A DNA stretch of 51,533 nucleotides from Paramecium tetraurelia (Eukaryota). Below the pieces are notes generated by a model. It saw only the letters and a program-made list of their open reading frames with translations, made no database searches and was not told the DNA's origin. Position 1 is the first letter of the stretch. The number at the start of each line of letters is the position of its first letter. Made by a program: the position numbers and the translations under genes. Below are positions 38,536-51,533 of the stretch, in pieces. The DNA is taken from contig CT868081.1 of NCBI GenBank assembly GCA_000165425.1, forward strand, positions 1-51,533, given 5' to 3'.

Positions 38536-41266
38536 ATGGCAGAATACGTCACAAGAATTCCACCAAACCATTACATTCATGTTTTGGATTAAAATACAAA
38601 CACAGCAAGGTAATGATATTTCAAGAAAAAATGTAGGCTTGAAGTTGGCCCACATACTTTCATTCGAAAAGAGCATGAAAGCATTATAGAAGGTCCAAGC
38701 AAAATGATTAGTTTACCACCAAAGACTTATTGCAATATTTAGAATCCAATCTTAAGAGATAATAAAAATTCTCCAGTCAAGAATGCTTATGGAGAAGTTG
38801 AAATTTAAAGAGGGGAAATAGAATACAGAACAGCTGATGATTATCCAGACCCTTTTCCTTTGTTTCCTGGTAATGTTTAAACATAACAACAATTTAGGGG
38901 AAAAATTGGAAGGCAGAGTTGAAACATTACTTATTGTCTAACAGAACACAGCATTGAGGTTAGTCGCCATCAGGGATTTCGTTGCAGATGGAAAGTAGAA
39001 GTAGGCTGGAGAAGAATGGTATTTTTTCATTTAAACATAACTTAGGCAACGCAACGGACCATTTACTTACTATCCAAGAGCAGAAGAGTAGATAGTCGAA
39101 GTAGTAAAGGCAGAGGTCATTAAGCCAAATTAGGCTTTAAAACTAAAGGCAACATAAACATTCATTGATAAAAATGGCAAGGAAAGAAGAGCAGGGTAAT
39201 TAGAGATTTTATCTTTTAATTAGATAAGAATGGCTCATTAGAACAACAGGATCTTATTTGCCAGACACATTCGAAAGAGTATCTGAAGTAGTAAGAGGAG
39301 TCGTACTTACAGACAAAGTGTGTGTTCATTTAAGAGCACTTAATGAGTTCACTGATGTTTATGGTATCAAGAGAAAACCTGGAAATGAGTGGATTGTCAC
39401 CAATAAGTAAGCTTAAGTTCACATCACGGATGTCTATGAATAACTAGTTGCCGTCGAATAAGCTATTACTCTTGGATCAAGAAATTATTGTATTATTCTT
39501 AATCCTTATAATCCAAAACTTTCATAAAATGATTGGGGAATCCAAGTGTTGATCAAAGGAGAAACAACATTCTTCTTATAACCAGGAGAAGAATTATTAG
39601 GGGGCAAAATCGAAGATGTATAGAATTTTACTAAAATAAGATTGTTATATTAGGTGAAGAAGAAGCTCTTTTGGTTTAGGCCATTTATGACCATTCTGAA
39701 GATGATGGACAATTCAGAAAAGCTGGTTAGAGATGGATCATTAGAGGCCCAAGAGAATACATTCCAGGAGTCAAAATCAAGGTGATAGAAAAAAGAAGAG
39801 CCATTCCATTAGATGCTAACGAAGGTATCTATGTCAGAGACAATCGTACTGGAGAAGTCAAAGAGTAATATTCTTCATTTCATTTCTAGAATCAAAGGAA
39901 AAACCTATCTTTTGGAAGCACACGAATCCTTATGGGAGAAGCATTTACCTGAAAATGTTGAAATTCTCGTTTAAAGAGCTTCAACTGGATAACCATACGT
40001 TCCTCCATCAGTGTAAGCATCTGGAAAAATTGCTTATAATTTTGAATCAGAATAACTCAAGCCAAGGGATAAAACTAAAATCATTTCATTCAAAGCACCT
40101 CATAATTCAGCCATATAATTATATGACTACAAACTCAAGAAATCAAGAGTAGTTTTTGGACCAGATCTTGTAATGCTTGGACCTGATGAATAATTTACAG
40201 TCATTAAATTATCAGGTGGAAAGCCTAAAGTTGAAAATCTCATCTAAACTTTAACTTTAAGTTTAGGCCCTGATTTTATGACTGATCAATTGATTGTAGA
40301 GACAAGTGACCATGCAAAATTAAAGCTAACTCTCAGTTATAATTGGCATTTTAAAGTAAATAAGGATGACCCTAATGATGCTTAAAAATTATTTGGAGTC
40401 AAAGATTTTGTTGGCGATGCATGTAAATCCATTGCTTCTAGAGTAAGAGGAGCTGTATCTTCCATTACATTTGAAGATTTTCATAACAACTCTAGCGTAA
40501 AAATTAGGGAAGCTGTTTTTGGAAAGGAAGGAAATGAAATTAGAACATCATACACCTTTGAAGCCAACAATTTGGTCATTACATCTGTGGATATTTAAGG
40601 CTAAGAAATCACAGATGAAGCAACTAGAAGATAGTTGAGTCAGAGTATCAATTTGGCTATTGAAATCAGTTCAAAGAGTTAAGAAATGCAATCAAGACAT
40701 TAAGCTTCAAAGTTAGAATAAGAAGCTAAAGGGCAATTAGGGAGATAAAAACTCCTTGATTAGGCTAAGGCAGAAGAAACAAAAATCGAGTTATTAAAAC
40801 AACAAGCGTAGAGTGCCAAAGTTAGAGCAGAAGGAGAGGCTGTAGCTAGAGCAATAGCTGAAACTATGGAAAAGAAGATCAAAGCTGAAGCTGAAGTCAA
40901 CTAAGCTGAGCTCAGATCCAAAGCTTTGTAAATTGAATAAGAAGCTTTGTTAGAATAACAGAGATAAGAATAAGAGGCAGAGTTAAATTATCAAAGAGTA
41001 TTAATATTAAATTTTATATTTAGTAACTTATTGAATTGGAAATCAAAAAAGCAAAAGAATTATCTGATATTGAGATAAAGAAATTCAAGCAATAAATCTA
41101 AGCTATTGGAAAAGAAACTATAATTGCTATGGCTAAAGCAGGACCAGAAACTAAAGCTAAATTATTAGGAGGGCTAGGACTAAAAGGATTCTTGGTAACA
41201 GATGGCAAAAATCCAATTAATCTATTCAATACAGCCAATGGATTTATTGGGGAAAATCTAAAATGA
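38536..41266 (+). CDS. MVP: Major vault protein
   Basis: [25 protein letters not shown], repeated vault units (ALRL..AGEEW..GP..YYP), [115 protein letters not shown]; short introns; appears intact. Confidence 0.97.
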
Positions 41267-41299
41267 TTTATCATTAAAGATCATCAATATCATAATTTG

Positions 41300-43560
41300 T
41301 TATTCTGCTAAATCTGGTTTCAGTTTATTTATTAAATAATAAAATAAAGCAAATATGAATAATAGTAATAACAGCAAATTTTTTCAAAATCAAGTTCTAA
41401 AACAATCAAATCATACTTTTTCTAATACTCTTTCATCAAATATCTTAAAACCTATACTGGATATAGACACTAAAATATGTTTGAGATACTTTACATTCAC
41501 TAAAAGATGCTTCAATTGTTCCTAAAATTTCATTTTACGCAAATTAAATCTCTTCAATTTTCTCCATTACACAACCAAATTTCAAAACACAAATTTACAA
41601 ATTTTATTACTTAAAGCTATGTGTTACTTATTTTTTCTTTTTCTAAATTGAATTCAATTTATTTTATCTGATCTTTTAATTTAATTCCACTAATTATAGA
41701 TTTAATTCTCCCAAATTACTCAAACAGAATATTTTACCATTCACTATCTAATTAGTGTTGTTATAATAAGCTTATAAACCATATAAGTGATCATTTTCTC
41801 ACCATAATGTTAAATTATGCAATTTATAGAGCATGGAGTAACAAAATAAAATCAGATTAATTTAGTATCCTATTTATTCAATATAATTTTTAAATCTTAA
41901 TTTTTAGTTCTTTATTTACTAATTTTTCTTTTCTCTATGTTTAAGAAGAGTGATTTTATCATTATTAACATTTTGATTACAATTAATTTGCTGTGGTATA
42001 TTGTTGATAATTTAATTTAAGATAATTTTTATTTTTAATCAGATTAACATTTATCAACACTCAATTAATTTTGATTACTAATACCTATTAATTTCTAATA
42101 CTTAAAATTGGAATTAATGATTGTTCCTGTTCAATTCACGATTCTATGAAATCCACAGCTTTTATTACTTTCTCTTTTAGTTATTGCGTTAAATTATTAA
42201 GTATTTTTTAAGTTACTTAATCTTATAACTAAAAATAAACTCCTATGTCAGTATTAACATATATTTTTTAAGAGTTAATTTTCAACCCCCATACATAATT
42301 GTATAACAGTATATTATACATAATCAACACCAAGACAAATTACAAAAACTATTCTTTAGACTATATAAGAATCTAAGTCAGAAATGCATCATTTTGATTT
42401 ATAGACCAATATGCAAAGTTAAGGACATCTTTAGAGTTGATTTCCTTCTTTTTAATGTTTTTAGCAACCATTTAAACTTGTGAATTCTGCATTTTCGCAA
42501 ATCTTTTGTAAACAACTTTGCATTTGGAACAATTAATAGGTTGCATACAGACCTGTTATGTATATCAAGCCTTCAACTCGAAGTATATTTCGTTTTTCCT
42601 ATAAAAATTTGATGATAGATTGCGCATATCATGCTTTTAAAGGTTTATTCTATGTAAATAAACATTCAAAATACTCAAGCAATAACATTTTTCAATCATT
42701 CATCAAATCAAATGCTTTCCAACTACTTAGAGGGTTTTTAGAAAAAATTTCAGAAAAAATTTAGTATTTATGCTCAATTTTACATCCCTAGTCATTAATA
42801 AATCCTTCAAAAATAAAGAAGAAAAAAAATTTTCAAATTTTCAAAAGATAATTACAATAAAGCTAATAAAGCTAGTAAGTCCGATATAAAAATACAATCC
42901 AGTCAGTCATTTTCCTATTTTTAAAATGCCTAACCAACTCAGCTGAAAATAATTTCCACACATACAATACTGCCGAACGAATTAAATTGCATAGTCGCCT
43001 ATTTACATATTTAAGAAGTAAGTGAAATTAAGCTCTGGTTTTGGATTAGCTAAGCAATTTCTACATTAAGTAAAAAGTTACTATTTAGGGAAAAATTCTA
43101 TTGTTTCTACATCAATTCATCAATTTCAATTTTTTAAAATCACCTTTCATTTTCATTAGGTTTTTGAAGGTGACTATAATTAAACTCATTTCTTCGAATT
43201 TTCAACTAAATTACTTTTCTTTAATTTTAACATTCTTCTGTATTTTTCATCTTTCATAGTTTTGGTTCCTCAATTCGAATAGTTTAAAAGATAGAAGCTA
43301 GTTTGATATGTAGCTCTTTTGCTATTCGAAAATATTTTCCTGGTGTTGATCTAACTTTATCTCTAAGAAACGAGTTAAATAAGATATAAACCAAAATTAG
43401 CGTGTATAAAATTGGTTTTCAATCCATTTTACAAATTTTCACATTGATTAATAAGATTTAATACTTTTCAAAAATCTATCCTTATTTAATAATTCTGAAA
43501 CACACAAATAGTCATCAAATCTTAATGGAAAAAGTTTTCAAAGTAGATGGCGTCTTTTTT
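41300..43560 (-). pseudogene. Probable decayed gene remnants (coiled-coil and CxxC fragments)
   Basis: Coding-like fragments (LEIKLDQHQENIFEQQK.., CMQPINCSKCK, LIVLELDFEK) interrupted by TGA stops and frameshifts; no complete gene model. Confidence 0.3.
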
Positions 43561-43607
43561 TGTAGCAAATTCTTTTTCCAATATATTTTTATTATTTAAT
43601 AAAAAAA

Positions 43608-44932
43608 ATGGCAAAAATCTTTTTGTTTTCATTCTTCGTTTCGGTTTCATCATATATAACGATTGATTCAGGATCTTATACTGATCTTAATGCATCATTA
43701 GGTTTCAGCTGTTAAAATAATTACTAAACTACAAGAACCATTACATTTTCAAATTCATTTCAGAATATTCCTTAGGTGTTTTTTTATTAATCATAATTTG
43801 ACCTTTCTAAATAGTAGACTGAATATTAGTTTTCAATCACCAGCATTACAAATATTAGTAAGCTTCTATTTTTATAATTTGAGATTTTGAATTTTTTGTG
43901 ACATGCCCCAAAGCTCTTGTATATTCTATCAAATATGAATGGATAGCAATAGATGATCAAAGAGTTTAAGTGATAAATTCATTTAATATGAACCCACCAT
44001 CGGATAAAGTATTTAATCATTAATTACTTAATGTTGATGTTGCAATAATAGGGATAACAAGTCTAGCTTATATTGGTTAAATCAACTTTTAGTTATCTGT
44101 ATTCATTGTTTTAATAATCTTAGATCACTTAGTTAACTATAAACAGCGTTTCGGTTGGAATCACAAAAGTGACTGGTAAGTTTCAAAATTTGGTGTAAAT
44201 TGGTTATCAAATTCTATTAGCTTCCTCTAGAGACATCATTAATAATGGCCTTGTTACTTTCTCGCCTGATTATACTAGTTCTACAATGATTTTAGAAGAA
44301 AATAAGTGGTTACTATTACCAATGCAAGGAATAATTTATAATTATGCAACTTCTTTAACCTTAAGAATGTAGAAAACCATTGTTGGGTCAACTATTAAGT
44401 TTAGTTTTACAAAGTGTAAGAATTAATATTGAAAATAGGGTCTACTGATAGCAGCTAATATGTAGCTTAAAATGTCTGGTTGTCGTAATTGTTCGCAGCC
44501 AATTAAGCACTCTTATGCAAAACATTAAGAATTAGTTAAAAATTGGATTATTCTTAATGCACAAGACCATTATTTGAAATCTAAATACTTCAATCAAATT
44601 TAATTTATAATACGATTGGACAATTTACAACAAAGGTGTTTAAACCCATAATAAATATTGATTTCATCGTGTTAGTAAATTGTATAACTGGAAAACACGT
44701 AGTCTCTTAATTTAATAAATGTAATGCTTGTTCCACTTAAAAATATTATTAATTTAATCACTATTGTCACTCATAAATTAATTTAATCAGTTATTTTCCT
44801 AAGTTCACCTAACTAGATTCGGTTAATTAAGAGTTCACCATTACAATAACAAGTTCAAGCTGCTCAGTTAAGTAGATACTTTATAATCAAGTGAAAATAG
44901 AGTATACAATTATAAATATTCAAATATAATGA
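43608..44932 (+). CDS. Secreted H-type-lectin-like domain protein (expanded Paramecium family)
   Basis: Signal peptide MAKIFLFSFFVSVSS; TITFSNSFQNIPQVFF..FD..YQFSITSIT..FEFFVTC..YEWIAIDDQRVQVINSFNM; C-terminal NKCNAC..HYC; three introns; open to TGA at 44930-44932. Confidence 0.8.
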
Positions 44933-45049
44933 ACTATGATAATAAGAGTGACATTTTATATATTTTAGTTTTTATTGTTTCTATGAAATATTTAATTAAA
45001 ATACTATTATCAATTGATGTTTACTAATTTTATGCATTAGTTCTATGTT

Positions 45050-47280
45050 TTATTTATTTTATAAATCATAGCTCCAATTAATCTGATTATATGTCTTTTA
45101 GTATCTTCTCTATTTATTGTTCCAGGCTTCTCTTTAGATCCGTATTCGTTTCTTAATCTATTGTAATATGTGTAGGAAGGAGTGCTGAGTGTTTCTTTTC
45201 TTTTTTTTTGAAAACAGAAGGAATTCGAAATGTAATCATTAGCAAGTACGCATTAAAATAGTGAAGAATGCAAATTTTTATTGAGGATCTTTCAAATAAA
45301 TCTTGATATTAATTCAGAAAAATGGACTTTACCCTTTAGATATTCAATATTTTATCAAAAAAAAGACAATAAAGTGGCGGATCTTATCTGTTGTCACTCT
45401 ATTATTAGATACTGCAATCTTTTCGTTCAGTCAAGCTTCCTGATAATAATTATGCGACAATCATATAAACAGTTCAGAGTATCTTGTGGTGAATCTTTAA
45501 TAACCTTCTTTACTAAGTTTCTCTTTGATTCGCCAATAATCAAACCACACATTTCTTTGTACATTCTTTTAACTTAATTACTTGCTGAAGTTCTAATCTT
45601 TGATAATGAAAGCATTTAATTTGTTCTATGTTCAATTAAAGTTGATATTTATTATTCAAGAAATACGTGTCTTAAACTCTAGTTTAAGTATATCTACCAG
45701 GGAAGACATATCATGCTTGCGAAACCTTTTAATTGCAAATCATATATGGCAACAAAGGGATAAACTTTTTTTTGCTCAATCATTTGTTATAGTGGAAAAT
45801 ATGTGTTTACACTACTTAACTTGCACATTAATACTTAGGTTCCTTCTTCATGAAAATTAATATCAATAAGTTACTGGTTTTAGTTTTCTACAAGTATTAT
45901 CCCAAAATAGGACGAAAAGCTTTAAGACAGCCCAAATTCATTAATTATTCAAGTAGTTTCAATACCAGGCACACCTATTGTATCTAGAAATAGAAGTAAT
46001 ATTAATATGATCCTAACTAAAACATATTCAGCAAGAGTTAAAGCTTTGGATGATTTTCTGCTACTCGTAATTTGAAACCTGCAACTCCTATCGCTAATAC
46101 ATTAAGTGGTTATGTCTTAGATTACTTCATACAATGTTGATAATGGAGATTGCGCCTTACAGTACAGTCTCACTTCTATAAAGAGCTTTAATTCCTATAA
46201 TTTTTGGAATGTCAATAAGCGACCTTCTCTTTAACCACTGAATGTGCAAAAATGCTTATTTGAATTTTTTTCATCTAATCTTCGTCAATTTTCAACTCAT
46301 GATGTTTATTGTCTTGCGTTGTATCTCAATCACTACTAATATGAGTGTAATAAAAGCGGTTTATGATTTTAGGAGAGTGACTTTAATGCATAGAATTGCT
46401 AGCATTGTTATTATCTTTGATGAAAATACTAGAAGGCTAATTATATTTTGTAGGATTAAAAAGCATGCTCTCACAAATATTCTTAGCTCACTTAGTGAAT
46501 TTAGTTATGCATGACCTATAGACATAATCTAATACTTATTTAAATAAAGCAGTGTTGTTTAAATGTAGCAAATCAAACTCAATATCGAGATTCAAATGGA
46601 TGACACAACTCCAATCTGAACATGTGAGATGGTCAGAATAATTTTACATGTAGAAGGAGATTCCTATCAAACACTCATTATCTGAGTAGACAGTTTACAT
46701 TTAAATAATCGATTGGTAAGCTCACTAAATTGTTATGGCTTTGTTGTTTTAAGATTAGGCTCAATCTTCCACTTTTTCAAATAGAACTAAAACCTTTGGC
46801 CTTAATAATCTGATCAAGAAGTGGTTATAAGATGCACATCACACTAACACCTCTCATGCTATAAATTCTTCTTTTAGGAATCGATTGTGATGAAGTTGGA
46901 AATTAGTTATCTTGGGGTCCCCTAGCTGCAGCTGTTTTCTTATATCAAATGGTTTTAAAGTATCTTTAAAGTTCCACCTACGATAAAATTAATTATTTAT
47001 TGTTATAATTTAGGTTTTTTTAAGTCTACTAGAAATATTATGTTGATATATTAACTTCTTGCATTGCTTGATGAAACAATAGCGCAACATAATCTTTTAG
47101 AAGTTATTCTTAACCATGTTAAAAAATTTGTACTGACAGCCTCTTAGGTACTAGGGTTTATCTGTCTTCTGCTTTTATTGATGATGTTGGCAATCACAAA
47201 GGTAGTCCTAATTGTTGAAATTTCAGCTAATTGTGCACTGACATGAACATGTCTGAACATGCAAAACTTTATATAAATCT
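45050..47280 (+). pseudogene. Heavily decayed Cys-rich (furin-like repeat) surface-protein gene remnant
   Basis: Scattered fragments (FCYSQFETCN, CMTY..KQCCL, DGQNNFTC, DEVGNQL, PCQKICT) with many stops and frameshifts; strand and identity tentative. Confidence 0.3.
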
Positions 47281-47599
47281 TTTATAGTTATGAAGAATAA
47301 ATACCTTTAATCAAATCTCTTAAAGTTATGCTTGAAATTTAATTTATAAACTAAATTTAATTTAAAGTACTTCTGCGTTTCTGATCAAATAATAATTTTC
47401 AGAAAACGTGCTTGTGCTATCATATTTGATACTTGCAATACATCTTGATCATGATTTGCTATTACCAACCAGAAGCAAAAATAATGAGTTGCAATTTGAA
47501 AACATTCAAACTATGGACTTAATATCAAGTTTTGCGCTTTAACTCTTTACTTCTTGTTTTCTTGTATTGGAAGTTGATTAAATTTTTTTTATTAGCAGG

Positions 47600-50500
47600 G
47601 ACATCCACAAGAACATATTCTGCAGTTTAGAATTCTCATCAAATAAGAATATTATTTACTGTCACTCAAGATTTATATATTTCATATAATTTATGACTTC
47701 ATAATTATTTTAACTATCTTTACCATTTAATTCTGCTTCTATTGAAAATTTCTGGTAGCGATTTCAAAAAATGTAATGATATGCAACCGTTCTGAGTCAA
47801 GTCTATCATAGGTTCATTTTAATAGAGGTCAACTCTATGTCTGGCTTCAATACTATAGTCAACGAGGATGAAATTTCTATTGATGGTACTAATTAAACAT
47901 TTACATCTTCTAAATTAAGCAATATAGTTCATATTTTGGATCTTCATCTACAAACAGAGTTTACTCAAAAACATATTTTAAATTAGCTGATCGAGAAGAT
48001 CTTAATGAGGTACTTTATTTTCCATTAAGAAGTGTTTCAGCTGTATATTATTAGAGGGTAGGAATGGGAAAAACGCATATCTCAATCATTCTGGTATATA
48101 TAATATACTCTGTAAGCCTCCATCATTTGATGAAGGACAACAACTTTCCTCGCTATTATTCTACTAGCTAAGCAATAATAATTGTTTGTGTAATAGTTTA
48201 ATGTTTTTATGTGAAACATAAACGCCTTTGGTAAAATTGCAATCTATTTAAACAATTTGAATTGCATTTTTGATTGTTGTTGACATGGAATTATGTGAGG
48301 CATAGTCAAAAATAGGTGTCTTGTACAAATGCATAGTTTAGCTAGCGGAATTGTAATACTACATCAAAGTGAGAGAAAGAACTTGATATCATTAGAATTT
48401 AAGAGTGTTAATAAATTTTCTGAGAATATAATTATACATTTCAAGGATTACTAAGATAATAATCATAAATGCAAAGCTGAAATCAGATGTTCCATAGCAA
48501 ATATGACAAAATGATGGGAATTCGATTATTGCAAATGTACCCAAAAAAAATAAGTTAAACTTGTTAAGAAAGAAATTGAGTAATATGAACATCAATCGAC
48601 ATTAGCAAGTAACCAAAGGAGCAAGTTGGTTGTTGTTTTATCATCCTATAGGCTAATTCTGCCAAGTAAGATAAGATTCCTACATAACACTAAATCTCAA
48701 GGAGGTTTACTGTAAGCATATACGAGAGTTGTGATTGCCGATATTATTCATTATTCTGAAATAGTCTATATAAATAACTTCAAGCAGAATTTCTGTATTT
48801 GTAATAAAAAGAGGAATAAAAAGTAACACTATTAATCAATGCAGCAACAGTGCATATCTATAAATTATGCATGGAGTTATGCAATAACTATTGGAAAGGT
48901 TGCCTCTCTTATACTAAAGCATAAAGTACAGAAAGTAAGAAGAATTTGAGATACATTATATACAGTAGTAGCATCCCTCGTCTTAATAAGCAACTAAGCT
49001 CGAAAGACTTTAGAAATTTAGAGCTTATGATAAACCAGGAAAACCTGGAAGACATTTAGTAATTTCTGCCTTGAAATATTCAATTTTTGAGTGTAGGTTG
49101 AATGAGTACAGGCATTAGAAGGAGACGGTAATATATTTGCATCCTAAAGGTTAAGTTCACTAATAGGTATTTGGAGAATCCATCAGAACAATCTCGAGTT
49201 ATCACTTAGCCAAAAATTTATTACTATTTTTCTTTTAAATTGAATACTTAGGAGATGCTTAAGATTGTGTACACTATAATTTGAAGAATTTGCATTTTCA
49301 GCATCTCTATGGCTTCCAATACCTTTAAAAGTAATGAAAAGAGAACATGGTTGTAAACTTTAGACAAATACATGATAATGTAAAAAGCAAAAATCTAGAA
49401 TGAAACATAGATAAATGGCGGCTATTGAATTGAAATGCATACCATAATAAGTTTAAGAACACAAAATTATATTTGTAAGAATCAAATTTTTGGGAAATAC
49501 TTTTTAGGTGACAAAAAAGCTTTGAAATCTACTCCAGCTGCTTAGGGATAACAATTTGATAGATTTTTATTTAGTATAATGTTTGTGGAAAATGGAGGAT
49601 CGTCAATACTATCGCTATTAGTGTAGTATATAGATTATCTCTATAATCATTATAATTCACTTTACATAAACATAATATATTATTTTTAAACTGTAGCACA
49701 AAACATTGAGCCGATATAGCTTTTTTCTCATTCTTTGAAGAGAGATAACTTTCCCTCAAATTTTTAGTAAAGTCAGCTATCATTATTTATTTGCATAACA
49801 GTTATCATTACATTATTTAGAGCAATTTTGTTATTAGGTAGGCTTAACTTCTAATATCCGAGATTAAAAAGACCCCAAAATGAAACTCAATGGTCAATAG
49901 CTTAGGAAATTGAATATAATAAATTAATAGTAAAATTTTCTAGCTTTTGTTTTGCATTTTGAGATCTACTGTAAAATAAAAAATTACAAAGCAATATTTA
50001 TGAATAAATACTCTGCATTATGTGCTCTCAAAAACAGGGAAAAGAACCAATCAAGTATTGAATGGGTGATTAAAAGTCTTAATAACTAATTAATAATTGT
50101 GCAAAATAAAAATTTGGAGTGCACTTAACAATCAAAAGTGAAAATAAAATTATGCCATTTACAATTAAATTTCAGTCACAAAAAACAATCTTTAAATAAG
50201 CAATCATAATTTCGAGTTTAAGATATATATTAATTATTAGTAAGTATATATGTATAAGATGTAGAAGATATAAGACTGAAGTAAATATTTGGACATTAGT
50301 GTATTAAAATTTCATTTATTGAAATGGATCATATATTATGACCAGGTTCTTCAATGTAAACCAAAAGTAAGTAATGTAGAACCGCTTTTAAAGTACATTT
50401 CTTGTATGAAAAATTTAATAACTACAGGTCATGCAAACTAGGTATCATTAAAAGTATTAGGTCAGCATTACAGTTTTAAAGAATACTTGAAGCCACTTAC

Positions 50501-51200
50501 AGATAGTGTGATTGAGTATCATGATAAAACACTGCCAGCAGAACTTTCTTTAACAAGTTAAGGGAACAAGTTTTGTGAAAGTTTAAAAGATTTTTAGTAC
50601 AGCAATTAAGTAATGAAGTGACATTAGTTGAACACTCTCTTAACAGATACACTAAAAATGTGTTGCGCAGCTGAATATTAAAAATTATAGGTTGAGCATT
50701 AATAAATTTAGGATGTGCTGAATTCTTCCAATTCTCCTTGTTTAAACTGTTCTAACTTAGTTCAAGTCTTGTTACTTGCGAGATTGAAGGAAATTTTTAA
50801 AGAGAACTACCTCTACAAATATCCTGATTGGAGCTTGCTTCCTAAGCTCACTATAATATTCAGCAAAAGTATGTTCACATACAGGATTTGTCTCTTCCAG
50901 TATGACCATCAGGATATAATGTACAATTGATTGAACTTTCAGTTCTTCTAACAAGAACAGCTTAAAGCATTACAGGAGGCCGGAAGGTCCCTTAATATAA
51001 TCCTTTGATATTTGTTATCAAAAATAAGAGTTTTCATCCCAATTTGCACTACATTCATTTAAAAATAGATACATTACGCATGATATAATAACAGAGCCAT
51101 TAATTAATTAGATACTGGCAACTTTAAGTTCTATTTAGAACAATTAGCACAAAGTAAATTTTAACCTTTTTTTTATATATTGACATTAAGAGACAAGTCA
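47600..51200 (-). pseudogene. Heavily decayed Cys-rich surface/membrane protein remnants
   Basis: Fragments LLCANCS, PASCNALSCSC, SINCTLYPDG, LVCMTCSY, DCSDGF, KCLPGF, KCNSNCL, QLVPSIEISSSL in shifting frames. Confidence 0.3.
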
Positions 51201-51319
51201 TAACTCCATTCAGCACTTTTAGTTTCTGCCCATTGCTTAATAAATACTAGTGGCTTCATAGTAATTTTTGAGAACAAATGATATATCTGAATTTGTTTTC
51301 CACAAAAGTATAGTTATTA

Positions 51320-51533
51320 GTTTGGGACAGAAACTGGAATAGCCTTCTAGAGCTTAGCTTATGCTGATGATGTTTTCTACTTTGTAGAACATAAATTGAC
51401 CCAAAAGTTTGTAATTAAATTATGCTGGTGGAGCTTGCCATGAGGATTGAAAGTTAATAAAGCCAAATCAGAAATATTTTGTTTAAGAGCATAAAGGAAA
51501 AAGGGAATGCCATTGAAGGTATCCCTACAAGTT
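51320..51533 (+). mobile_element. Degenerate non-LTR retrotransposon (LINE) reverse transcriptase fragment, cut by the window end
   Basis: FQSLAYADDVFYFV (YADD at 51360-51371)..WWSLP*GLKVNKAKSEIF, then a frameshift to AIEGIPT; this matches the order of RT subdomains 5-7. In-frame TGA at 51441. Confidence 0.8.

Noticed and set aside
45300..47280. Long minus-strand frame with sparse TGA codons (possible TGA readthrough or transposon ORF)
   Set aside because: No RT, DDE, tyrosine-recombinase or other motif; TGA spacing looks like chance, and the plus strand shows better Cys-repeat remnants

Overview
AT-rich ciliate DNA, almost certainly Paramecium. Genes read only in translation table 6 (TAA/TAG = Gln, TGA the sole stop), carry tiny 20-30 nt GT-AG introns and are packed with spacers as short as 11-40 nt, so the supplied standard-code ORF track is mostly fragments or antisense noise. 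Positions 1-41.3 kb are gene-dense. In order: a coiled-coil protein with a spaced KLLxKLFR repeat, an EF-hand-like protein, a cathepsin L homologue lacking its catalytic Cys, a SHIPPO/PG-repeat protein, a small SPRY-like protein, a MYND-finger Aurora-like kinase head-to-head with a PP2C, two tandem EGF-TM-RING-H2 ligases, PARN, a giant GRIP-like golgin, a SERCA pseudogene, two more kinases, RAD23, Costars, an unorthodox aquaporin, an MRD1/RBM19 pseudogene, an amino-acid transporter and major vault protein. After 41.3 kb the sequence is largely decayed: one intact H-type-lectin-like gene, remnants of Cys-rich surface-protein genes and a non-LTR retrotransposon RT fragment (YADD) at the edge, suggesting a subtelomeric or germline-limited boundary. 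All translations were done by eye, so exon boundaries are approximate. No single new system is proven. The best leads are the kinase/phosphatase pair, the receptor-type RING ligases and the pseudo-protease.
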